A stretch of 64,000 nt of DNA from a virus (Duplodnaviria > Heunggongvirae > Uroviricota > Caudoviricetes): positions 1 to 64,000 of IMG/VR virus record IMGVR_UViG_3300021387_000529; one strand, 5' to 3'. The notes beneath the pieces are model-generated. The model saw only the letters and a program-made list of their open reading frames with translations, made no database searches and was not told the DNA's origin. Below, one piece after another: positions 24,913 to 36,861 of the stretch. How positions within the stretch are numbered: the stretch's first letter is position 1; every line of letters begins with the position of its first letter. The position numbers were made by a program, and so were the translations under genes.

Positions 24913-27900
24913 ATGGAAAAATTTCAGCCTAACACAAGATTTTATTCTAAAAATTATAATAGTTTCTCATCAAAAGATGAATTTGACTCAGCAAAACGCG
25001 TACAAATAACCAATGAAATGCCACCAATGGACATGTTTGACTTTACGCACTCAATGCTTAAAAATGACTTATGGAAATGGTTTTTAGGCTATTCATTGAT
25101 TATGAATGACCTTACTTATAATGAAGATACAGATGGCGTTGAGACTATTGATAAAGAAGGAAATCTTGGAAATTTAACAATTGCAAAATACGTAAATGGT
25201 GTTAGAGCAAATGACTATGGTCCCATTCCTGAGAAAAAATGGAATCCAAATTATAAAAAAGACTATCAAGAATTTCTTGAATATGTAAAAGATGACCCTT
25301 CATTAGAAGACAAATATACAGAAGATGATTTTAAATATAATATAGACTATTCAAAAAAGGCACGTCGTATTGAAATAAACGGTGTACTTTTACCAGAAGT
25401 TGACTTAATGCTACATGAAGCATACCGTTATTTGTCTGTTTTATATCCAGACCACCCAGACTTTACAAAGCTTTTAACAACAAATGAATTTGAAGATGAA
25501 ATCGCACAAGCAGCATCTATTATTGATTATGTTCCTGACCAAGTCTTTTTTAATTGGCTTGCGTTACGTTTAGATTATTCAAATGTAGACGATGAATTTA
25601 TTGATGATGCAAAAATAGAAGAAGCAGCAAAATTAAAAATACGTAATTTAGTTAATCATTCAATGAGACGTAAATTCTTTGGCTCAAAAACTGGATATAA
25701 AATGATGGGAAGTGACATTTTCCAGCATGTTACAGTTTTTCCAGCAGCACAAATTGTGCCTTATAAAGATTTTGAAGATACACGTACTGAAGAAGAAAAA
25801 GAAAATCCATATTCATTAAACTTTAAATGGCTCCGTGCATTTGAAGAGATGCCTGAAAATTTTAAGACATCTGAAAGAACAGTGAATAAAAGCCATGTTT
25901 TGTATAAAAAGAAAGTACGTTTATTGGATTGGACAAATGAAACTTATAACTTTCCAGAGCGTTGGGTTGAGCCTGCAAAGTTTTATGGAACAGCTTGGCC
26001 AACACCATACTCACAGTTTGTTTTGTATGAGTATCCATTGCAAAAAGTAATTGATGAAAAAGACTTTGATGAGTTGAAGGATGGATTATCAACGACACGA
26101 ACAATTAAAAATGACTTTAAGGTTGGACAGAGAATAAAAATTGGCGGACAAGACAACAATTGGACAGACTACCAAGTTGGACATATTGCCTCTATTCGTG
26201 AAGACGCAACATACTCTGTTGAGCTCAACTTATATAGCGAAAATGATGGTGAAACAGTTGTTCATGAAAATCCAAATACATTAACAGTAGTAGATGTCGA
26301 CGTGCCCGTAAGTCCATTTTACATGAATTTTGAAGTATGGCCATCTAATAAAGAGCTTTTATCGAAAATTGCAGAATATGAAAGAGCAGTTCATTACTGT
26401 AAAAAAGAAGGCTTTATAAATAAGTATGAAGATAGAATTAAAAAGTCATTATTTTCTAAGAAAACACGCTTTAATGAATATATAAAATTTTGTAGTGTTA
26501 ATTCATTTAAAGACTCTACAGAAGAACTTCATAATATTGTGTATGACCCAGCTGTTCAAAAATTATTCAATAAAGAGAAGATTGGATGCAGACAAATGAA
26601 TATTGGTAAGTTTACGCCAGACCCTCATCAAGATGGTTGCATGTATATGTCACCTGAGCAATTCATGACAACATTTGAAGACGAGCTCAATATTAAATTA
26701 AATACTTCTCCATGGAATGACTATACAGAAGAAACATTCTATGATGAAAATGGCATACCAAATGAATGGCCAGTTTCTGAAATTGAATATGGTGTAACAA
26801 ATATGGCATCAGATGGTTTTGTGCAAAAAGGTGATATTTTGAAATATCAAGATGATGAAAAATTATTTGAAAGTCAAGTTCTTGGTATTTCAAATGCATT
26901 TATTCAGTTTAAAATAGATGAAAGCACTTCTTCGTTAGAAGACTTAAAGACAAAAATACAAGAAGCAAAAGAAGCTGAAACTTCAAGGTATGGTCTTGTA
27001 ATGAAATTATCTGAAAATAATGTTGAAGGCGCTAATAAAAAAGTCGTATTATATGGAAATCCAGTCTATGGTGAGCCAACTGAAATTGATGCACGTAGAC
27101 ATTATGCGCCATCTTCAATCTATTTTAATATTAAAGCAATTCCTCGTGTAAAGTCTCATATGGCAATGAGAGCAATTTATAAGAGTGATAATGCTAAAGA
27201 AGACTTTAGTTCAATTTGTTCTAAAAAATTTGCATGCCTTTTTATGCTTATTGGTGAAGGTGACGGCAATTCAAAATATTCTGTAATCGCAAAAGACATT
27301 GTAAAATTTAGCAAAACTTATGATAAATTAAAAGTGGCATTTGATGAGCTTATCAAAGCTGCAGAAGAAGACAAGCTTTTATATAATGACAAACATTGGA
27401 AAAATCTCGATGAAATGGCAAAAGAGTATATTTCTCTTTTTGAAGAGAATAGACCAATTTTGTATAAAAAATTAAGTTTTATATATGTTGATTGGCTTAA
27501 AAATAATAATAAGCTTTTGTCGAACAGACCACCTTTAGATGATATTAAAAGAACAATAAATGGTTTGTATAGCACATTTGAAGAATACTATAAAGAATAT
27601 TATTTGTGGCAAATTGAAGAAGCATCAATTGATATTTCACGTGACCATTATATAGAAGAATTGGCAAAAGACTATGGCGCAATGTCTGACAAAAAATTGG
27701 CTGTAACTGGCATTATAGAATGTGATAAAAAACTTTTTGAAGAAATGCTTCCAAACAGAGCATTTTTGATTTCACCATTACCAAAAGATATTTTTATGGA
27801 GCAGCTCCCAACCGAAGACTCTTCTTATACATTATTGACTGGACAGGATAAATTTGTTTCAATCATAGAATTTGAGAAAAATAAATATGATGATATGATT

Positions 27901-28410
27901 GACCAAAAATTACAGCCAATTTTTGGTAAAAGTGGTTTACTACAGAATTGTATGAATTATTCATGTGATGCTTGGAATTTCGGCGCTTTAAATACTGTAA
28001 CAGTTGTCGAAACACACTTTAATTCTGATAAATATGAATATGAGTCTGCTGATGTTGTTGATAATAAAAATAAAATTGACTTCTTAGATGACTACTATCA
28101 TTCAAGCTTAAACTATCTTGAAAAATATAATGAGCTTTTTCCTGAAAATATGCAGCTTCATCTTGATAATGAAGGTGTGTGTCTTACACAAGAAGAATAT
28201 GATGCTCTTGAAGACGAACATTATAAAGAAGAACATTTGCGCTTGAATGAAGAAGATGGACAATACTATTCTGAAAAAACTGTTATCACACGCTTGCCAT
28301 ACATGCATATCAATGATGGAATTCAAAATGTATTTGATAATGATGATAATTCTCATAAGTTTGCATATGGCGACCCAAATATGATGGAAATGTTCTTGGA
28401 AGATAATTAA
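24913..28410 (+). CDS. Putative baseplate wedge protein
   Basis: RNLVNHSMRRKFFGSKTGYKMM resembles the P2 gpI/T4 gp7 wedge motif; ATG 24913 follows ACTAATT. Confidence 0.5.
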   Translation: MEKFQPNTRFYSKNYNSFSSKDEFDSAKRVQITNEMPPMDMFDFTHSMLKNDLWKWFLGYSLIMNDLTYNEDTDGVETIDKEGNLGNLTIAKYVNGVRANDYGPIPEKKWNPNYKKDYQEFLEYVKDDPSLEDKYTEDDFKYNIDYSKKARRIEINGVLLPEVDLMLHEAYRYLSVLYPDHPDFTKLLTTNEFEDEIAQAASIIDYVPDQVFFNWLALRLDYSNVDDEFIDDAKIEEAAKLKIRNLVNHSMRRKFFGSKTGYKMMGSDIFQHVTVFPAAQIVPYKDFEDTRTEEEKENPYSLNFKWLRAFEEMPENFKTSERTVNKSHVLYKKKVRLLDWTNETYNFPERWVEPAKFYGTAWPTPYSQFVLYEYPLQKVIDEKDFDELKDGLSTTRTIKNDFKVGQRIKIGGQDNNWTDYQVGHIASIREDATYSVELNLYSENDGETVVHENPNTLTVVDVDVPVSPFYMNFEVWPSNKELLSKIAEYERAVHYCKKEGFINKYEDRIKKSLFSKKTRFNEYIKFCSVNSFKDSTEELHNIVYDPAVQKLFNKEKIGCRQMNIGKFTPDPHQDGCMYMSPEQFMTTFEDELNIKLNTSPWNDYTEETFYDENGIPNEWPVSEIEYGVTNMASDGFVQKGDILKYQDDEKLFESQVLGISNAFIQFKIDESTSSLEDLKTKIQEAKEAETSRYGLVMKLSENNVEGANKKVVLYGNPVYGEPTEIDARRHYAPSSIYFNIKAIPRVKSHMAMRAIYKSDNAKEDFSSICSKKFACLFMLIGEGDGNSKYSVIAKDIVKFSKTYDKLKVAFDELIKAAEEDKLLYNDKHWKNLDEMAKEYISLFEENRPILYKKLSFIYVDWLKNNNKLLSNRPPLDDIKRTINGLYSTFEEYYKEYYLWQIEEASIDISRDHYIEELAKDYGAMSDKKLAVTGIIECDKKLFEEMLPNRAFLISPLPKDIFMEQLPTEDSSYTLLTGQDKFVSIIEFEKNKYDDMIDQKLQPIFGKSGLLQNCMNYSCDAWNFGALNTVTVVETHFNSDKYEYESADVVDNKNKIDFLDDYYHSSLNYLEKYNELFPENMQLHLDNEGVCLTQEEYDALEDEHYKEEHLRLNEEDGQYYSEKTVITRLPYMHINDGIQNVFDNDDNSHKFAYGDPNMMEMFLEDN

Positions 28411-28437
28411 CGCTTTGGATGTTTTGACTAATTTCTT

Positions 28438-31400
28438 ATGATTAAGAAGAATAACATCCAAGGCGAAGTCCAAACATTTAATAATTTTGAAATTTATGCA
28501 TGTCTAACAGAAGATTCTAATGTAATACGTTTTGAAGATGAGACTTCGATTGAGAGAATGGCATACATGTCAACAGGCGACCAAATTATTGGAAAAGCCA
28601 TTCCTGATGATGTTTTTATTGAAACAATTGATGAAACAAATCATTTTATTACAGTTACTCAAAAAATGGACATTACTGTAGATGAGACTATTAAAGTTTT
28701 ATGTAAAGTCCAATTTTATCCAAAAGATAATAAAAAAGACTTTTATAAATATCGTATTGAAGACGCAAAAAATAAACAAGCTCGTCATGAAAATGTATTT
28801 GAAAACTTTGTAAATAATGGTAAGACTGACGAAATATCTGAGTTTAGATTTTTGCCTGCGCTTGACATCTCTAATTATAGAGACAATTTACTCACAAATA
28901 TCCAAAATCAAAAAAGTCCTCGTAAAAAGTTTAATGAGATGTGCAAATATCTCTATAAGAAGTCTAATATTAAGATTGCGCAGCCTTCAACATTAAATTG
29001 TGAAGGCGACCTTCTCATGGATGTTAATGCTTATACAGTATTTAATGAGAATGGTGAAAAATATATTATGAGCCAAAAAATACTTGACTATTTTGGCGAG
29101 TATCTTGATGAAATGTCACGTGCTTCAGATAACACACTTGTTGGCGTTTCAATCAATGGTTTTACATTTTCTGGAAATAGAAAAAATAATGATAAAAACA
29201 TTGAGTCTGTTTTTAGAACAACTAAGCAATGGGGTTCAGCAATTCCATATTATATTAAAATTGGAACAGGAAAATTAGATGACTCACTTTTTAATACAGT
29301 TGAAGAAGAAAGCTCAGAAGAAAGCATGAAAACCTTCTACAATGATAAGAGTGAAAGTTATTATGATGACCAATATTATTCATCTAAAAGAGACTCTGTG
29401 ACTAATGAAGAAAATGTAATTACAGACATCGATAAACCTTTATTTAAGTCTCAGCTTAGTGAATATGAAGTTTTAAACGACATTAAGTTTAAGTCCTCAC
29501 AGAAAGACTATACAGCTTTACAATTTGCTGTAATGAGAAGAATGTTTGAAAACTTTCATACACATGCTGACAATGTTTCTGTGTTAAATAAAGACAGAAA
29601 ACTTGATATTTTTAGTTTTAATTCTGACGCAGTTCTTTCAAAAGTTTGTAAATATCTTGGAATATTGCCATCTGAAGACTTGGAAACTCTACAAAAGCCT
29701 ACAAACACAGACTTCTTGTATTATTATGCATATGAGGACGGTTTAGCATATGCTTTCTATGATGGCAATGAATGGGTAAAAAGAACATGTAAATTTTTTA
29801 CAAATGATACACCAATTAAAATTAGATATTCTAAGAATAATAGCCATTTATATGCACAGTTCAGAAATGACATGACTTGTAGCATTTTACTTGGTGATGA
29901 GACATACAACGTTAAATATTTTAAAAACAATGAATACTATAGCTATGTAGATGCTGAAGCCTCAAATTTGAAAATAAGTCTCAATCTTGGTGTGACAGAC
30001 ATTACAAAAGGAAGCTTTAACTCATTAGTAGTTCTTAAAGAGAATTTAAAAGCATCAGGATATGAATATTCAGATGATGGATGCTCTGTTGACTATTCTA
30101 AACCAGTTGATGAAATTTCTCTTGTTGAAGACTACATTTACTGTGATGAAGATAATAAAGTTTTATACACATATAACAATGATAAAAAATTGATGATTTC
30201 ACAAGAAAATAACAGATATTTCAAAAATATCATCAATAATATCGTTGAGTTTGAAACAATTTCATCATTTACAAAAGACGGAACTGTAGATAATTATTAT
30301 CTTAAAGGTGTAAATGGTTTTAAGTTTGACATTGATAAAATGTCATTGAAGGACAGAATTTTATCATTAGAGCATATTAAAATTAGAAATGAATACCATT
30401 CTGAAAATGAGCCAGTATTATTCTCTAATTTTATCCATTATAAGCCATACTTGAGAGGCTTTATTTATGATGGTGATACACTTGATTTGAGCTCTGATGA
30501 TAATTTTAATATTATCTTTAATTTTGGTTATAAATTTAAGATGAATCCAAACTCTTATAGCCAAAAAGCAAAAGCTCTTAATGAACTTAAAAAAGTTAGA
30601 CCGTATGATAAAGAGAATGACTCATACTATGACGGAGAACTCATTTATGGTGAGTCTGAATTTAATGGCTCAACAATTTTGAGTCCAATCTATGTTGAGT
30701 CTTCATTCACAGATGAGCAAAACATTATTGAAGGATTTGAATATTACAAAAATCTTTTGATTATGGAAGGAAAAGTTGATTTAAAAGACCCAACAACAAT
30801 TATGTTCGAAAGCAAAAAATCACTTGATGCTTTGCAAAATATTGATAATGGTGATGAGGTTTTGCAAACAGTTTTTCTTGATAGCCCTTCTTCTAAAAAC
30901 TATACTTATTATGAAGACAGCACTATAAAAGACATTAAATTTTTAGACCATAAAGACAGAGTTTTTATGGTTGGAACTAAGAACTCAATATTCTTCTTTA
31001 ATTGTGCTGATATTGACAGTTTGTCTGTTTCAAAAGATAAAGCAGCTGTTATCAAACTTGATGACGAACTTACATCGATTGTCTATGAGAAAGAGACAAA
31101 AAAATGGATTTATACTCTTGAAAATGAAGGAAAATATGCAGGATGTAGAAGTGTAAAAGTTTCTTACTCTGAAGGAACTACACCTTATGTGGAAGAGCCT
31201 ATTGAAGAAACAAACAACTATGATGGCATAGACTTTAATGAATACCAATTCGTAAAGCCTTTGATTTCTGACGATAAAGATGTTATCAATTTAACAGATA
31301 CAGACCAACTATTATTCAGTGAAAATGAAGCTATTCTTGCACGTGACTTTGCTTTTAGAAAAATTGATGAAAATTGTTATGTTCAAAATGTTGCAAATGT

Positions 31401-34400
31401 TAAAGACTCAGACTTTGCATTTAACAGTAAAACAACTACAAAACAAATCGGTGACATAATGGAAGATGACTTTGTTGAGATTGAATTTGATGCCATGCCT
31501 ACAAGCAAAGAGTCATTATTCCTTGGTGGAAGTGATGTTGTCGGCACATATATTTATGACCAACTTGTTGGAAAATGGAGATACTCATCAATCAGTGTTT
31601 ATAATTCTCTTGTAAAAAATATTACAAAAGACACACACGTTCATCTTATTTTAGTTGATGAGGAAATTATTCCATCGTTGTATTTGCAAGAAAATGGAAA
31701 AGCAATTACAAAAAATATTAGATCAATTTTTGATAATACAGACGGAACTGAGTCAGAGTCAAAAAACCTTGCTCAATTCTTGTGGTTACTTCCAAGACCA
31801 GACTTGAATAAAAATGAAAATTATGTCGTATGTGTTCGTTCTGGACCATATGTAAATATGTCAACATCTTATAGGTCAAATCTTGCATTGAAAAATGTTT
31901 CTGTTAAAAGCTTAAAAGTTATTAAAGAAGGAAAGCTTTATACACAAAATGCTGATGAAAAGCCTGAGCCTCTCTACAAAAATGGTTTTTATACTGTATA
32001 TAGAGAAAAACCAATGAAAATGGCTTATAATTATGAGGGATATATCGCTGTTCTTAATGGTGATGCTTTGTTCATAAAGTCTCCAACAATGAAATGGAAA
32101 AAAGATGAACACGGAAACTATGGCTACACAAATGAGTCAACAGACTTTTTCTGGAAAAGAGCTCGAATTCCTTCACAAAAAGACTTATCATATATGCTCT
32201 TCAATAATATGTCAATCAAAGAGGCATACCAACTTGTTTGTGACCAAAAACAAATTTTTGAAGACTTCTTAGAAAAAACACAGAATAAAGATGAAACACA
32301 AAAAACTTTATATGCATGGTTAAAAAGCAATAGTGTTATTACACCAGACCAAGCGCTATACAATATTGAAGAAAAATATGAGAATAAGCTTGTAATCAAT
32401 GGAATTAAATTCTTAATGTCTGAAAAAGGACTTTATGCAAATATTGATATTAATGCAAAAGAAGAGTACGTAATTCCACAGAATATATCAATTCAAGGTG
32501 GTGTAACAACACAAGCCTATATTCGTGAACAGACTTATTTCAATTATCTTAGAGACTATTATGAGATTATTCTTGGATGTAATAGACTTTCAGATATAAT
32601 TGAGAATGGAGTTAAGTCTTTTGAATTAACACAGACAGATCTTGTGATTGTTACAAAGTCTAACGATGTATTATCACTTCCATTGCAGTACACATATTCA
32701 AGAGATGATATTGAAAATTATAACAATTGGAATGTAAAGTCTCTTGCTCCTGAAATGGAGTTTCCATCATATAAAAAAGTTGACGATACAATTTTCTCAC
32801 GTTATGGGTATTCAAAAGACAATGAAAATGTTGTGTCAGACTACTACAACCAAATGGCAAATGTAACTGACAAGATGTATGAGATTACAAGCGTATATGT
32901 TGATAAAAACATCCAGATTTGTGGTGGATATTTTGCATATTCTCAGGAAGCATTGAACTTTTATTCTAAAATGCTTGACTCTGAAGAATATAGTATTTTT
33001 AATGAGCATGAGGCAACAACGTATAGACGTCCATTTATATCATATTCTACAGACTCTGGAAGAACATTTACAAGAATTGATATGCAGTCTTATGACCAAT
33101 TCGCATTTACAGCTGAAGACTCAGTTATTAGCTCAATTTATAGAATTGGAAATAAGATTAGGATGACTGTAACTGGAAGCTCTGGCAATGTTTATGCAAA
33201 TGATTTCGTTATTACTGTAAATGGTGATAATTATGAATTGACAAATACATTGAAATTTGAAAAATTTGCAACAAAGTCTAATGGTGGCAATGGAAATTAT
33301 GAAAATGCAAATGAATTAAGAATACCAAACTCATTTGTAAATTCTGGAAGTATTAACAATTCAACACAATTTGTAAATTGTTCAGATGTCTTCTTCTTAG
33401 CTGTTGCTCCAGCTTCAGCAATAGTCGGAAAAGTTATTTCAAAAGATGCATCTTCTATTGTTGTTAGTCCTAATGTAAAAGATAAAGTTGTTGCTTCAAC
33501 TGAGAATGAAGAAGTACGTGTGCTTATTGCAGTTTATACAGCAAAGTCTATTAAAGAGCCATGGTTATTACTTGACTTTAAAGAAGAATACTTTACAGAC
33601 CACAACTCATTAAAAGTTGATTTTATTAAACTTGAAGAGTCAAGCAATAACGCAAATCTTTTGTACTCAAAAAATGAAACATTACCACCAGGAGAGTATG
33701 ACACATTCTGTGTGTTGCCATTCTTGAATGATACAAATAAAACTATTTATAGCTACAATGAAGAAACTGGAAAACCTGAAACATTGGTAAACTCATCTGG
33801 TGATAGTATTTATTTGTTTGATAAAAATACATCAATGTTTATGCTTTGTAGAAATCCACTTAACATTGAACAAAATGCATTCTCGATGTATTCTATGATA
33901 AAAGATAAAATAACAAGTTTATCATTAGTTGAAGCTTATGCTTTGAATGAAGACTATACATTTGAAGGAAATGACTATAATATGAATGCATTCTTTAATA
34001 ATCATCAACCTTCATTAAAGAATGCTGTATTTACAGACAGCAATCCATCATTTAGAGCATTAGTCGTTGCTAAAAATGATGAGTTCTCTGCATTATTTAA
34101 TTCATTCAAAAAAGCAACAACAAACGTTGACGTTAATTTGATGTATAAATGGCCTTGGACTGATGAAGAATTTATAAACTTGACGCAGAATGGACTAGAC
34201 AAAGAAATAAATAATGGTGCTCCAGGCTTTTATTCAAAATTAAAAGAACTTTATAATGATGGAATTACAATCACAAAAGAATGGATTGAAAAAACATTCA
34301 AGCCAGTAGACGTTACTTTGTCAAACGGAAGCCATTTTAGAGCAATAAAAGAAATTGCGACAAATACTGTTTTGACAGAAGAACTTATTTCTGACATTAC

Positions 34401-36852
34401 TCTTTCTATGACATATGAAACATTCTATGACAGCTTGAAATATTATAATCAGAATTTCTCAATAGAAAATGACGACTATGTTGGCGCTCTTTGCGATTAT
34501 GAAGATAACTCAATCAGTTCAATTTATATAGGTGAGAAAGGCTATGGTTCAACAATAGATATTGAAAAATGGGATGAAATTCAGCCTCATGAGAATGACC
34601 CAGAGTCATTTAATAGTTTCTTGTTAAAAAATAAATTAAATAGATTTATCCATATTTGTGATAAATACGGAACTGATTTGACCCTTAAGAATGGCCGTTT
34701 TGAGATGTCAAATGAAATTGGAACAATCAATTATGATGATCTCTTCGTAGAAAAGAAAATTGTAAAAATTATTTCTCAAGACTTTAATGAAGTTCTCAGC
34801 TATAAGAACATTTACAAAGTTCAAGACTCAGATATAAATGTGTTCTCTCCACAGAAAATCGTATCATTGAAAGGAACAAAAGCAAAAAATATAATGTCTA
34901 TTTTTAGAGTTTACTATTCTGATGTTGATGTTTCATTAAATGGAAGAATTTCAGTTGAGCTCGAAACAAAATTATATTTTGACAAAAAACTTACAGAAAG
35001 AGCTAAGCTAAATGTTTTCTACGAAGATGGAATAATTTATTTTGAAAAGAATAATAAAGACATTTACACAAATGGAAATATCCTCAAATTTATTGTAAAA
35101 GACAATGTTAATGGAAAAACATGTATAAAAACATTTGAACTTACAAATAGCCCAATTGCAAAAGTAAGCTCATTAGACATTGGAGTTTTTGCTATTGATG
35201 AAAACTTACAAGAATATAAAATTTTGGCTGATGTTGACATCTCATCATGTGAAGCATATGACGCTAATATTATTATTTCAAATATTGAAAATAAGCTGAT
35301 TACATTAAATGTTGTTGGTAAAATTGAGAATAACACAATTAAAGTTTATGTCGATAAGAAAAATGGAAAGAACTCAGATTATGCAGACTCTTATGAGTTT
35401 GATTTGGATATTCATAACCTCAATCCTAAGTTGTATCTTTCGACAAATAAACTTTCAAAGACAAGAAATGAGACAATTGATGCAAAAGTTTTTTCAAATG
35501 AATTAGACATTTCAGATAAGTTTAATTTTACTGTTCTCACAACAGATAAAGAAAATGTTTACAAAATGGTTGCAAATTATAAAAATATAAAACTTGAAGA
35601 AGAATTTGAAACATTTGAAAGTTTAGCTTCAGAAAATATTCTCAAAGTTGATGATGACACATTTGTATTCACACAGCTTACTCCTTCAATAAATTACACT
35701 GTTTCTATTCCATGCGTTATTGATGGACTAAAAGGTAGATATATTTTAAGCCAACCAAAATATAAAAATTACAATGATGTTATAAAAACGCTTGAAAGAA
35801 AAGTTTTCTTTACTGATGAAAAACTTGCTTTTGATGTATCAACTGGAAATGAAGTCATATTGAAGAACATTGGAACAGATAAAGTGCAAATTGATACAGA
35901 CTTCTCATCAAAAGGACAATATTTCGTATTGAAGTCGCTTCCTGTAAACACATATTATCCAGACGTTGAAACATTAAATAATGAAGAATACTATGCTGAA
36001 GTTTCTTTAAGTGATATTGGACTTTATGGATATGACAGAGTTTGGATAAATGAAAATGTTTTCATGAAGCCTGCTTTCACATATAATGATAAGAATTATA
36101 ATGGAAGCAGCATGTCTCAATACAGTATTGACAAATGGGTAAATAAAGACGGATTTAAAGTATGGCTATGTGATGAGTTTGGAAGATTTGTAAAACCAAC
36201 CAGTATCAATGATAAAGTAACATATGAAATCATCGGAACTGAAAATGGTGATTGTTCTTCAGAAATTTATCAGTCACATGAAACAAGAATAAATCCTTGT
36301 GAGCTTTTATACAAAACATCTTATGACATGTATAAAAATAAATTTTATGAGAAAGGATTAAAAACAAATCCATTCTTGAAAAAGTTTAAGATTTTGTCAA
36401 AAAAAGTTGATGGAAATGTTACATATAATATTTATGGATTTACAGACATTATTAAAAGAAACAAAGTTTCAGAAAATATTTGTAATAACTGCTACATTCT
36501 CAAACTTGATGAGCTTGACTATGAAAGCTCAGACATTGTAATGCAAATTTTGCATAGTTTCAAAGATAACAGTGAAGATGAATTTGAATACTTCTATGGA
36601 ATAAAACACAACAACTGCTATTACATAAAAAATGAAAATGCAGTTGATGGCGCATCTGTTGACATTTATTCAAATTTTATCATAGACTCAACTGAAGATG
36701 TTGAAAATAAGGATAAGTCAACTGTTGAAGAAATTACTGAACTTGGAATTTTCTCAAAAGATAATGTTCTTCTTGCATATATGACACATCCAAAATGCCA
36801 GTATGACACTAAGAAAAACTACATTGCCTACAACCTTCTCATCGAAAACTAA
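28438..36852 (+). CDS. Very large baseplate/tail-fibre-associated protein (2804 aa)
   Basis: YIKIGTG near N-terminus; C-terminal ITELGIFSKDNVLLAY resembles the DUF3751-type baseplate-attachment motif. Confidence 0.6.
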   Translation: MIKKNNIQGEVQTFNNFEIYACLTEDSNVIRFEDETSIERMAYMSTGDQIIGKAIPDDVFIETIDETNHFITVTQKMDITVDETIKVLCKVQFYPKDNKKDFYKYRIEDAKNKQARHENVFENFVNNGKTDEISEFRFLPALDISNYRDNLLTNIQNQKSPRKKFNEMCKYLYKKSNIKIAQPSTLNCEGDLLMDVNAYTVFNENGEKYIMSQKILDYFGEYLDEMSRASDNTLVGVSINGFTFSGNRKNNDKNIESVFRTTKQWGSAIPYYIKIGTGKLDDSLFNTVEEESSEESMKTFYNDKSESYYDDQYYSSKRDSVTNEENVITDIDKPLFKSQLSEYEVLNDIKFKSSQKDYTALQFAVMRRMFENFHTHADNVSVLNKDRKLDIFSFNSDAVLSKVCKYLGILPSEDLETLQKPTNTDFLYYYAYEDGLAYAFYDGNEWVKRTCKFFTNDTPIKIRYSKNNSHLYAQFRNDMTCSILLGDETYNVKYFKNNEYYSYVDAEASNLKISLNLGVTDITKGSFNSLVVLKENLKASGYEYSDDGCSVDYSKPVDEISLVEDYIYCDEDNKVLYTYNNDKKLMISQENNRYFKNIINNIVEFETISSFTKDGTVDNYYLKGVNGFKFDIDKMSLKDRILSLEHIKIRNEYHSENEPVLFSNFIHYKPYLRGFIYDGDTLDLSSDDNFNIIFNFGYKFKMNPNSYSQKAKALNELKKVRPYDKENDSYYDGELIYGESEFNGSTILSPIYVESSFTDEQNIIEGFEYYKNLLIMEGKVDLKDPTTIMFESKKSLDALQNIDNGDEVLQTVFLDSPSSKNYTYYEDSTIKDIKFLDHKDRVFMVGTKNSIFFFNCADIDSLSVSKDKAAVIKLDDELTSIVYEKETKKWIYTLENEGKYAGCRSVKVSYSEGTTPYVEEPIEETNNYDGIDFNEYQFVKPLISDDKDVINLTDTDQLLFSENEAILARDFAFRKIDENCYVQNVANVKDSDFAFNSKTTTKQIGDIMEDDFVEIEFDAMPTSKESLFLGGSDVVGTYIYDQLVGKWRYSSISVYNSLVKNITKDTHVHLILVDEEIIPSLYLQENGKAITKNIRSIFDNTDGTESESKNLAQFLWLLPRPDLNKNENYVVCVRSGPYVNMSTSYRSNLALKNVSVKSLKVIKEGKLYTQNADEKPEPLYKNGFYTVYREKPMKMAYNYEGYIAVLNGDALFIKSPTMKWKKDEHGNYGYTNESTDFFWKRARIPSQKDLSYMLFNNMSIKEAYQLVCDQKQIFEDFLEKTQNKDETQKTLYAWLKSNSVITPDQALYNIEEKYENKLVINGIKFLMSEKGLYANIDINAKEEYVIPQNISIQGGVTTQAYIREQTYFNYLRDYYEIILGCNRLSDIIENGVKSFELTQTDLVIVTKSNDVLSLPLQYTYSRDDIENYNNWNVKSLAPEMEFPSYKKVDDTIFSRYGYSKDNENVVSDYYNQMANVTDKMYEITSVYVDKNIQICGGYFAYSQEALNFYSKMLDSEEYSIFNEHEATTYRRPFISYSTDSGRTFTRIDMQSYDQFAFTAEDSVISSIYRIGNKIRMTVTGSSGNVYANDFVITVNGDNYELTNTLKFEKFATKSNGGNGNYENANELRIPNSFVNSGSINNSTQFVNCSDVFFLAVAPASAIVGKVISKDASSIVVSPNVKDKVVASTENEEVRVLIAVYTAKSIKEPWLLLDFKEEYFTDHNSLKVDFIKLEESSNNANLLYSKNETLPPGEYDTFCVLPFLNDTNKTIYSYNEETGKPETLVNSSGDSIYLFDKNTSMFMLCRNPLNIEQNAFSMYSMIKDKITSLSLVEAYALNEDYTFEGNDYNMNAFFNNHQPSLKNAVFTDSNPSFRALVVAKNDEFSALFNSFKKATTNVDVNLMYKWPWTDEEFINLTQNGLDKEINNGAPGFYSKLKELYNDGITITKEWIEKTFKPVDVTLSNGSHFRAIKEIATNTVLTEELISDITLSMTYETFYDSLKYYNQNFSIENDDYVGALCDYEDNSISSIYIGEKGYGSTIDIEKWDEIQPHENDPESFNSFLLKNKLNRFIHICDKYGTDLTLKNGRFEMSNEIGTINYDDLFVEKKIVKIISQDFNEVLSYKNIYKVQDSDINVFSPQKIVSLKGTKAKNIMSIFRVYYSDVDVSLNGRISVELETKLYFDKKLTERAKLNVFYEDGIIYFEKNNKDIYTNGNILKFIVKDNVNGKTCIKTFELTNSPIAKVSSLDIGVFAIDENLQEYKILADVDISSCEAYDANIIISNIENKLITLNVVGKIENNTIKVYVDKKNGKNSDYADSYEFDLDIHNLNPKLYLSTNKLSKTRNETIDAKVFSNELDISDKFNFTVLTTDKENVYKMVANYKNIKLEEEFETFESLASENILKVDDDTFVFTQLTPSINYTVSIPCVIDGLKGRYILSQPKYKNYNDVIKTLERKVFFTDEKLAFDVSTGNEVILKNIGTDKVQIDTDFSSKGQYFVLKSLPVNTYYPDVETLNNEEYYAEVSLSDIGLYGYDRVWINENVFMKPAFTYNDKNYNGSSMSQYSIDKWVNKDGFKVWLCDEFGRFVKPTSINDKVTYEIIGTENGDCSSEIYQSHETRINPCELLYKTSYDMYKNKFYEKGLKTNPFLKKFKILSKKVDGNVTYNIYGFTDIIKRNKVSENICNNCYILKLDELDYESSDIVMQILHSFKDNSEDEFEYFYGIKHNNCYYIKNENAVDGASVDIYSNFIIDSTEDVENKDKSTVEEITELGIFSKDNVLLAYMTHPKCQYDTKKNYIAYNLLIEN

Positions 36853-36861
36853 TTAAATATA

